Assembly: GCA_031366795.1 (NCBI GenBank)
Contig: JANLOX010000168.1
Location: 1-16,415 of the forward strand
Direction: 5' to 3'
From: Candidatus Eiseniibacteriota bacterium
GTDB lineage: Bacteria > Eisenbacteria > RBG-16-71-46
DNA: 16,415 nucleotides
Every line of letters starts with the position of its first letter. The stretch's first letter is position 1. The notes under the pieces are model-generated. The model saw only the letters and a list, made by a program, of their open reading frames with translations. It was not told the DNA's origin and did no database searches. Of this stretch, positions 8,835 through 15,673 are shown one piece after another. The position numbers and the translations under genes were made by a program.

Positions 8835-9395
8835 ATGGTTCATCTGCATTCGCTGTGGCTGCCGACTTTGCTGTCTGCGGTGTGCGTGTTCTTCCTGAGC
8901 TTCCTGTTTCACACGGTGCTGCCCATTCACAAGAACGACATGGCTGCGGTGCCGAAGGAGGACCAGGTCATGGCGGCCCTGCGCCCCTTCAACATCCCGC
9001 CCGGCGACTACATGATCCCGTGTCCTCCGGGCCGCGAAGCGATGAAGAGCCCCGAGCACATGGCCAAAGTGAACGCCGGTCCGAATGCCATTATCACGGT
9101 GATGAAGCCCGGGCCATTCAACATGGGGTCGACGCTCGGCATCTGGTTCATCTACCTGCTCGGCGTCAGCATCGTCGTCGCCTACGTGTGCAGCCGCGCA
9201 GTCCAATCGGGAGCCACGTACCTTCAGGTGTTCCGCTTCGCCGGCGTCACGGCGTTCGCCAGTTACGCGCTCGCGCAGTGGCAGGAGTCGATCTGGTTCC
9301 AGCGCCGGTGGAGCACGACGATCAAGAATAACGTCGATGGGTTGATCTATGCGTTGTTCACGGCGGGGATCTTCGGGGCGATGTGGCCGCGGTAG
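8835..9395 (+). CDS. Hypothetical integral membrane protein (about 4 TM helices)
   Basis: AGGAGG SD at 8824-8829. Hydrophobic segments at the N-terminus and in the C-terminal half; GC3-rich codons. Confidence 0.85.
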   Translation: MVHLHSLWLPTLLSAVCVFFLSFLFHTVLPIHKNDMAAVPKEDQVMAALRPFNIPPGDYMIPCPPGREAMKSPEHMAKVNAGPNAIITVMKPGPFNMGSTLGIWFIYLLGVSIVVAYVCSRAVQSGATYLQVFRFAGVTAFASYALAQWQESIWFQRRWSTTIKNNVDGLIYALFTAGIFGAMWPR

Positions 9396-9458
9396 GTTGA
9401 CAGTCGCCGGCACGCAGGGAAGACGCGCGGATGGCGGCAATCGGGTAGTCTGGCTGGA

Positions 9459-10781
9459 ATGAGCGCAACTCGAGTCGTTGTCATCGGTGCTGGTGCTGCC
9501 GGTATCACTGCTGCAATCCGCGCGGCTGAGGGTGGAGCCGCGGTCACCTTGTTGAACGCGCACCCGCACGTCGGTTTGAAGATCCTCATGTCGGGCGGGA
9601 CGCGTTGTAACGTTACGCACAAGCAGGTCACAGAGAAGGACTTCAACGGTGGCTCGCGGCCTTTCGTGGCGCGGGTGCTGCGGGCGTTCACTGTCGAGCA
9701 GACGTTGGCGTGGTTCGCGGAACTCGGCGTCGCGTTGAAACTCGAAGACACGGACAAATACTTCCCCGAGAGCGATGACGCCCAGACCGTGCTCGATGCG
9801 CTGATGGCGCGCGTCGCGGCGGCAGGCGTGAAGGTTGAATCGGGCGCGCGCGTGATCCGGTTGGAGCGTGCGGGGGACGACGCCTCGCCCGCACCGTTTC
9901 GCATCGGCGTCGAAGACATCCCCGACACTATGGCGCTCGGCGTCACAGGTGTCGCGCGCGCGGGACAGCTTGATTGGCCGTTGCCCGCGCGCAAGCCGCA
10001 ACTGTGGATCGAGGCCGACCGCGTGATCATCGCCACAGGAGGCCTCTCATTCCCGCGCACCGGCAGCGATGGCACCGGCTACGCGCTGCTCACTGCGCTC
10101 GGCCATTCCATGGAGCCTCCGATCCCGGCGCTAACGCCGTTGGCGGCCGAGGATCCGTGGTGCTCGGAATTGCAGGGCCTGACCTGCGAGGTGGCGCTGC
10201 GTCTGTTGGTGGAAGGCAAGGCAGTCGCAGAGGTCCGCGGCTCACTGTTGTTCGCCCACTTTGGCTACACCGGTCCTGCGGCGTTGGATCTATCGCGGCA
10301 CTGGCTGCGCGCGCGCGAGAGTGGCAAGGAGCGGAAAGTAATGGCGAGCTTCATTCCCGGTGCGCGCGAAGAGACGCTGCTCAACGCCTGGATCGAGATG
10401 GCTCCGCACGATCCACGCGCGACCGTGCGCTCGATGCTCACCGGACAACTGCCCGAGCGACTGATCACCATCATCTGCCGCGAAGCCGGGATCGACGCCG
10501 CGAAGATGCTGAGCCAGATCTCGAAGGAGGGACGCGCGCGGTTGGCGCGGATGATCGTGGCGCGTGATATGCCGGTGAGCGGAGTGCTCGGCTACGAAAA
10601 GGCCGAGGTCACCGCCGGCGGCGTGAAGCTGGCGGAGGTGAATCCCTCGACGCTGGAATCGCGCGTAGTGCCCGGACTTTACTTGTGCGGCGAGGTGCTG
10701 GACGTGGAGGGACGGCTGGGAGGATTCAACTTCCAGTGGGGATGGAGCTCGGGAAGCGTGGCGGGGCGGGGCGCGGTCTGA
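9459..10781 (+). CDS. HI0933/YhiN (BaiN-like) family NAD(P)/FAD-dependent flavoprotein
   Basis: VVVIGAGAAG; GLKILMSGGTRCNVT; ATGGLSFPRTGSDGTGY; LLFAHFGYTGPA; AEVTAGGV; GLYLCGEVLDVEGRLGGFNFQWGWSSG. Confidence 0.93.
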   Translation: MSATRVVVIGAGAAGITAAIRAAEGGAAVTLLNAHPHVGLKILMSGGTRCNVTHKQVTEKDFNGGSRPFVARVLRAFTVEQTLAWFAELGVALKLEDTDKYFPESDDAQTVLDALMARVAAAGVKVESGARVIRLERAGDDASPAPFRIGVEDIPDTMALGVTGVARAGQLDWPLPARKPQLWIEADRVIIATGGLSFPRTGSDGTGYALLTALGHSMEPPIPALTPLAAEDPWCSELQGLTCEVALRLLVEGKAVAEVRGSLLFAHFGYTGPAALDLSRHWLRARESGKERKVMASFIPGAREETLLNAWIEMAPHDPRATVRSMLTGQLPERLITIICREAGIDAAKMLSQISKEGRARLARMIVARDMPVSGVLGYEKAEVTAGGVKLAEVNPSTLESRVVPGLYLCGEVLDVEGRLGGFNFQWGWSSGSVAGRGAV

Positions 10782-10784
10782 TGA

Positions 10785-10804
10785 ACCGGGAGGCGAATCC
10801 CGGT
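10785..10804. terminator. Stem-loop after the flavoprotein stop codon (putative terminator between convergent genes)
   Basis: ACCGGGA-GGCGAA-TCCCGGT, a 7-bp stem starting 3 nt after the TGA; weak U-tract. Confidence 0.45.
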
Positions 10805-10845
10805 GTCGCTGATCCGCCACGCAAGTCCTCAATCGTGTGCTCGAG

Positions 10846-11274
10846 TTACCGGCGCCGGCGCCGCGGACGCCAGGGGATGACTGCAGCGCTGATGACGTGG
10901 AGGGTCAGGGTGACGGCGTGGTCCAGGGCCTCCGGCTTGACCGTCACGTCGATGCCGTCGTCGTGCGAGATGGCGTCTATGAACTCGGGATGTTCGCGGG
11001 CTTGAACGGCGCTGTGCACTCGGCCGTACGGATGAATGGCGATCCAGTTGACGCCCATCGCCCTGAGTTCGTCCATCGTTCTGGGCATGGCGTCGCTGCC
11101 CCATTCCCAGCCCCAGGTCTGGCATGAGACGGTCATTCCATGGACGACGCGGTGCGGGTCGGGTCCCGTGCCCGCGCCGCGAACGGCTGTGGCCGAGCCT
11201 GACAGGGCGGCGAGCGCCGCCACAATGGCGAACCGCAGGGCCAAGCAAAGCATGGGTCGCCGATCATGCGGCAT
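10846..11274 (-). pseudogene. Probably truncated or chimeric gene: signal peptide plus N-terminal fragment of a GH113-like TIM-barrel glycoside hydrolase, then an unrelated tail
   Basis: A signal peptide is followed by HGMTVSCQTWGWEWGSDAM..TMDELRAMGVNWIAIHPY, which resembles beta1-alpha1-beta2 of GH113/GH-A-like barrels (recognition from memory). The ORF is only 142 aa, far too short for a full barrel. Start at 11274 or 11253. Confidence 0.5.
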
Positions 11275-11279
11275 CGGGA

Positions 11280-13367
11280 CTACTGCAAGTGGACCAGCCG
11301 TCGCTCAACCGTCTGCCCGCCCGCTCGCAGCCTGTAGAGCAACACACCCGGAGCGGCCTGGCGACCGTCGGCTGTGGTTCCGTCCCACTGGATCTCATGC
11401 CGGCCCGCCGGCAAGCTGGCCCACGACCATTGCCGCAGGAGACGTCCCGCCACATCGTAGAGCTCGATCGTGGCCGCACCTGTCGCCGGCAGGCTGAATG
11501 ATATTTGGGCAGGACCGCTTGCCGGATTCGGTCGCACGGCATCGAGCGTGAGCACCAACGATGCTGCGCCCGGCACGCTTGCTTGTGCGCTGCTGACGTC
11601 GATGGTGCCGGAAATTCCGGGTGAGCAGGACATGACGTAGGTGTAGGTGCCAGGAACCGTGAAGGGACCCATGGCCCTGCTGCTCGCACCTGGAATCGGT
11701 CCATAAGTAGCGGGCCAAGTTGCACCCGCGGGTTGCCCCGACGGCGTCAGCGTGCACAGGCCACTGCACGGCGAAACTCCGCAGCCGGCGTCCACCTTGA
11801 AGTTGACGAAGCCGTTCGCCCCAACGGTGACGAAAGGGTGCCCGGCCCCGTTCACGGGGTTCAATTGCTCGCTGCAGACGCCGCCGACCGTCGAGCACGA
11901 GAGCGTCGCCGCCACGGCCGCACTCGTGCCGCCCAAATTGCCGCCGGAGGAAATCCGCTGCGCGTAGATATCGGCGTTGCCGCTGCGGCTGTCCTGCCAC
12001 GTGACGATGGCGCCACCGCTCACGTCCGCGACGATTGTGGGGATCTCCTGGTCGCCCGCCGCGGCGCACAGTCTGCGGCCATCGGCGGGCCAGGCGGGAT
12101 CCGTGGCGCCGCTCGCGAGCACGCGCTGGGCGTAGATATCCTGGTCGGTGCCGTTGCGCAGGTCGAACCACGTGGCAATCGCGCCGCCCGTCCCGTCCGC
12201 GACGAGGGTCGGGATCTGCTGGTCGTTCGCAGCGATGGAGACGGCGCGGCCATCACCCGGCCAGCCCGGGTCCACCGTCCCGCCGGGCCGCACATGTTGC
12301 GCGTAGATGTCGTAGTTTGTGCCGCTGCGATAGTCCTCCCAGGCGACGATGGCGCCGCCGCCGCCATCCGCCGCGATCACGAGATTGAATTGGTCGTCGA
12401 CGGCGGCACACAGGACCTGGCCATCGGTCGGCCAGGCGGGATCCACGGTGCCTTTCGCGAGCACGTGCTGGGCGTAGACGTCGTCGTTCGTACCGCGGTG
12501 ATCCTCCCATGCGACGACGGCACCTCCCGCTCCATCGGCGACGATCGCGGGCCAGTCTTGGTCGCCCGCAGCGCCGCACAGCACCACGCCATCGTTGGTC
12601 CAGTTGGGGTCGACGGCCCCGTTCGCCAGCACGTGCTGGGCATAGATGTCGCGGTTGGCGCCGCGCAAGTCGTACCAGGCGATGACAGCCCCGCCGGCTC
12701 CGTCCGCGACGATGACGGGGACGAACTGGTGCTTCGCGGCGAAGCAAATCACCTGGCCATCGACGGGCCAGGCGGGATCCACGGCGCCGCTCGCCATCAC
12801 GTGTTGCGCATAGATGTCATAGTCCGTGCCGTCACGCAGGTCCTGCCACACGACGATGGCGCCGCCGGCTCCGTCCGCGGCAATCGTCTGGTACTCTTGG
12901 GCGAGCGCTGCCGTGCATAGGCCGCGGCCATCGACTGGCCAGGCGGGATCCACGGCGCCGCCGGCCAGCACATGCTGGGCGTAGATGTCGTAGTTCGTGC
13001 CGCTGCGCCGGTCAGCCCAGGTGACGATGGCGCCGCCGGCTCCGTCCGGCACGATCCTCGGTGATTGCTGGTCGTTCGCGGCGTTACAAAGCACGCGCCC
13101 GTTCGCAGGCCACGCCGGGTCCACGGTTCCCCCGGCCGACACATGCTGGGCGTAGACGTGGCCGGTGAGGTTGTCCTGCCACGTGATGATGGCGCCGCCT
13201 GCCCCATCCACCGCGATCGTCGGTTTGCCCTGGGGCCCGGCGCTGGTACAAATCGGCACGTTCACCAGCGGATCGGTCGGCCACGCGGCCCAGGCGGTCG
13301 TGGTGGCCGCAGCGAACATGCAGAGGGCAAGCATCACCCGGAAGGAAACAAGCAGGGCGCGCGTCAT
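11280..13367 (-). CDS. Secreted repeat protein (695 aa): eight ~57-aa repeats (probable beta-propeller), Cys-rich domain and C-terminal FlgD-Ig/T9SS-like domain
   Basis: GAGGT SD. Signal peptide ending AWA. Repeats with consensus AWP.DG..LC.AA..Q..P.IVADGAGGAIV.W.D.R.G...DIYAQHV.A.G.VDP. C-terminal RPNP...LYDVAGRLLR.....AGRH...WDG...G.....G. Confidence 0.9.
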   Translation of the reverse strand: MTRALLVSFRVMLALCMFAAATTTAWAAWPTDPLVNVPICTSAGPQGKPTIAVDGAGGAIITWQDNLTGHVYAQHVSAGGTVDPAWPANGRVLCNAANDQQSPRIVPDGAGGAIVTWADRRSGTNYDIYAQHVLAGGAVDPAWPVDGRGLCTAALAQEYQTIAADGAGGAIVVWQDLRDGTDYDIYAQHVMASGAVDPAWPVDGQVICFAAKHQFVPVIVADGAGGAVIAWYDLRGANRDIYAQHVLANGAVDPNWTNDGVVLCGAAGDQDWPAIVADGAGGAVVAWEDHRGTNDDVYAQHVLAKGTVDPAWPTDGQVLCAAVDDQFNLVIAADGGGGAIVAWEDYRSGTNYDIYAQHVRPGGTVDPGWPGDGRAVSIAANDQQIPTLVADGTGGAIATWFDLRNGTDQDIYAQRVLASGATDPAWPADGRRLCAAAGDQEIPTIVADVSGGAIVTWQDSRSGNADIYAQRISSGGNLGGTSAAVAATLSCSTVGGVCSEQLNPVNGAGHPFVTVGANGFVNFKVDAGCGVSPCSGLCTLTPSGQPAGATWPATYGPIPGASSRAMGPFTVPGTYTYVMSCSPGISGTIDVSSAQASVPGAASLVLTLDAVRPNPASGPAQISFSLPATGAATIELYDVAGRLLRQWSWASLPAGRHEIQWDGTTADGRQAAPGVLLYRLRAGGQTVERRLVHLQ
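11928..13286 (-). repeat. Eight tandem intragenic repeats of 168-171 bp (56-57 aa)
   Basis: I counted eight D(G/V).GGA..(T/A/V)W.D and eight YAQ(H/R) motifs. DNA-level similarity is visible (recurring GGCGGGATCCACGG, GCTGGGCGTAGA, GACGATGGCGCCGCC on the + strand). Confidence 0.9.
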
Positions 13368-13624
13368 GGTGACCTCTGAGGGTATCGCCAGCGTGACGGG
13401 CCACAGGCTACGAGGAACTCACGGGACGCTCGTCCATCCGGCGGGATAATAGGCGAGTTGCCCGGCCCGCGACAGCTATTTGGCGGGCTGTTTGGCGGGA
13501 GCAAAGGGAGGCGCTGCTCCCGCACCATCGCCTCGAGCCCAAGTGCCGCGGTGACGGCTCCGCTACATTTCTTCGGCGACTCCCTTTCCGTCGATCGTTT
13601 GATCGAGATCATCGACTCCAGGCC

Positions 13625-13653
13625 TTGACCAATCCTTGATATGCTTCTAGCCT
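13625..13653 (+). promoter_or_regulatory. Putative sigma70-type promoter of the S8 protease gene
   Basis: TTGACC (13625-13630), 17-nt spacer, TAGCCT (13648-13653), ending about 60 nt upstream of ATG 13713. Confidence 0.55.
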
Positions 13654-13712
13654 TGGCCTCCACGTCCATTCAGGAGACGTGGCGGAGCCGCTTCACATTC
13701 GGGAGGTCCCCC

Positions 13713-15530
13713 ATGAGAACACCTCTTTTGCGGTTGTTCCTCGGATTTTCTGCGCTGGTCCTGCTCGCCTCCGGTTGCGCGAAGCAAGCTGCGAACCTCA
13801 TGGCGCCGGCCCCCCACGGCTCTACCAGCAGTGCGCCGCTGATCCTCAGCGCCTCGCTCCGCAGCGCCGTCCCGGGCGCCTACATTGTCGTGTTCAAGCC
13901 GGACCAGGCGACGGCCGACGTGGACGGGGTCGTCAACGAGCTTTCCACGAAGCACGCGTTCACTGCTCAGTTCCGCTACAAGTACGCGCTGCGCGGGTTT
14001 GCCGCCAAGCTGCCGCCGGCTGCGGTCGAGGCGCTTCGCAATGACCCGCGCGTTGCGTATATCGAGCAGGACCAGATCGCCCATGCGGTCGCCACGCAAG
14101 TCAATCCGCCCTCGTGGGGCCTCGACCGAATCGATCAGCATCCGCTTCCGCTCGATCTGTCCTACACGTACAACCAGACGGGCGCCGGGGTGGACGCCTA
14201 CTGCATCGATACCGGCATTCGCTTCACGCACGTCGACTTCGGCGGCCGCGCGGTAACCGGCGTGGACGAGATCACGCCGGGCGGCACGGCGGCAGACGGC
14301 AACGGGCACGGTACTCACACCGCCGGCACGATCGGCGGGTCGAGCTACGGAGTGGCGAAGGGTATTCACCTGATCGCCGTTCGCGTGCTCGACAACAGCG
14401 GTTCCGGAAGCTACTCGCAGGTGATCGCGGGGGTGGACTGGGTCACCGCCGATCACACGACGCACCCGGCCGTCGCGAACATGTCGCTGGGCGGCCCGGT
14501 CTCGTCCGCGCTGGACGCCTCGGTAAGGAGCTCGATCGCCGATGGCGTGACGTACTGCGTCTCGGCTGGCAATTCCGCTGCGGATGTGTCCACCCAGTCT
14601 CCGGCCGGTGTCGCCGAGGCCATCACGGTCGGCGCCACGGACATCAATGACGGGTTCGCGACCTTCTCGAATTTCGGATCGGGCGTGGACATCTCGGGTC
14701 CCGGCGTGGACATCACTTCGGACTGGAACACGAGTGATATCGCGACGAACACGATCTCGGGCACGTCGATGTCGTCGCCCCATGTTGCCGGCGCTGCCGC
14801 CCTGTACCTCCAGGCCAATCCCACGGCGACGCCTGCCCAGGTGTCTGCCGGCCTCGTCACGGCGGCCACCAACGGCGTGATCACGAGCCTGCCGGCCGGA
14901 ACGCCCAACCGGCTCCTCTACGCGCTCATCGCCAGCGGACCGCCGCCTCCTCCTCCAGCCGCTCCAGTCCTCAGCTCGCCCGCCAACGGCGCGACGGGTG
15001 TTTCGACCAGCCCGGCGTTAGCCTGGAACGCTTCGTCCGGCGCAACGTCGTACCGGGTCCAGGTTTCCACCAGCTCTTCGTTCGTGAGCACGGTCTACGA
15101 TCAGTCGGGCATCACGAGCACCACGACGAACGTGACCGGACTCGCTGCCGGCACGGTGTATTACTGGCGAGTGAACGCCACGAACGCCGGTGGCACGAGC
15201 GCGTTTTCGACGGTGTTCAGCTTCACGACCGGGGCCGGAAGCCCGCCGGCCGCGCCGACGCAGGTCTCGCCGCTGAATGCATCGAGTAACGTCTCGCGGA
15301 CGCCCACGCTGACATGGAATACCGCGGCGGGCGCGTCGTCGTACCGGGTCCAGGTGTCCACCTCCTCGACGTTCACGACGACCGTCTTCGACCAGGCCGG
15401 CATCACCTCGACCTCGGTCGCGCTGCCGCAGCTCGGGAGCCGGACGACGTACTACTGGCACGTGAACGCCACGAACGCGAATGGAACGAGCGCCTACTCG
15501 ACGATCTGGAGTTTCAGGACGAGCAAGTAG
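13713..15530 (+). CDS. S8 family serine protease (aqualysin/proteinase K-like) lipoprotein with I9 propeptide and two C-terminal FN3-like domains (605 aa)
   Basis: GGGAGGT SD at 13701-13707. Lipobox LLASGC. I9 propeptide (YIVVFK...ALRGFAAKL...V.YIEQD). SWGLDRIDQ. Catalytic triad IDTG / HGTHTAG / GTSMSSP. Poly-Pro linker, then two W...GA.SYRVQVSTSS.F...YYW.VNATNA.GTS repeats with a 291-bp period. Confidence 0.95.
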   Translation: MRTPLLRLFLGFSALVLLASGCAKQAANLMAPAPHGSTSSAPLILSASLRSAVPGAYIVVFKPDQATADVDGVVNELSTKHAFTAQFRYKYALRGFAAKLPPAAVEALRNDPRVAYIEQDQIAHAVATQVNPPSWGLDRIDQHPLPLDLSYTYNQTGAGVDAYCIDTGIRFTHVDFGGRAVTGVDEITPGGTAADGNGHGTHTAGTIGGSSYGVAKGIHLIAVRVLDNSGSGSYSQVIAGVDWVTADHTTHPAVANMSLGGPVSSALDASVRSSIADGVTYCVSAGNSAADVSTQSPAGVAEAITVGATDINDGFATFSNFGSGVDISGPGVDITSDWNTSDIATNTISGTSMSSPHVAGAAALYLQANPTATPAQVSAGLVTAATNGVITSLPAGTPNRLLYALIASGPPPPPPAAPVLSSPANGATGVSTSPALAWNASSGATSYRVQVSTSSSFVSTVYDQSGITSTTTNVTGLAAGTVYYWRVNATNAGGTSAFSTVFSFTTGAGSPPAAPTQVSPLNASSNVSRTPTLTWNTAAGASSYRVQVSTSSTFTTTVFDQAGITSTSVALPQLGSRTTYYWHVNATNANGTSAYSTIWSFRTSK

Positions 15531-15546
15531 TCGCGAACCGCACGCC

Positions 15547-15580
15547 ACCGCAGGCCCGGGCGGAGTCCGGGATCCGCGGT
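15547..15580. terminator. GC-rich imperfect stem-loop downstream of the S8 gene, adjacent to the intron 3' junction
   Basis: ACCGC-A-GG-CCCGGGC-GGA-GTCCGGG-AT-CC-GCGGT folds into a bulged hairpin. No U-tract on the + strand. Confidence 0.45.
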
Positions 15581-15587
15581 CGATGAA

Positions 15588-15666
15588 ATCGGGATAGGGG
15601 AGCGCGGGATTACCCCGCGCTTCCCCTCCCACACCACCGGACAAGCGGGTCCGCATCCGGCGGTTC
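15588..15666 (-). ncRNA. Group II intron catalytic domain V and branch domain VI
   Basis: The minus strand reads GAACCGCCGGATGCGGACCCGCTTGTCCGGTGGTGT (DV), then GGGAGGGGAAGCGCGGGGTAATCCCGCGCTCCCCTATCCCGAT (DVI with bulged A and terminal AY). Confidence 0.92.
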
Positions 15667-15673
15667 GATGGTT

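Noticed and set aside
9397..9402. Perfect TTGACA -35 hexamer
   Set aside because: No TAnnnT-like -10 at 16-18 nt spacing, so it was not called as a promoter.
7635..10001. 788-aa minus-strand ORF
   Set aside because: Antisense to three well-supported genes with no recognisable domain; stop-codon scarcity in GC-rich DNA explains its length.
11733..12920. 395-aa + strand ORF and other alternate-frame ORFs in the repeat gene
   Set aside because: Antisense or alternate-frame shadows of the propeller repeats.
13440..13620. c-di-GMP or other known riboswitch
   Set aside because: Only an isolated GCAAA is present; the consensus paired elements and tetraloop/receptor could not be matched.
15531..15587. 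Integron attC site as intron target
   Set aside because: No RYYYAAC...GTTRRRY boundaries and no cassette-like gene organisation.
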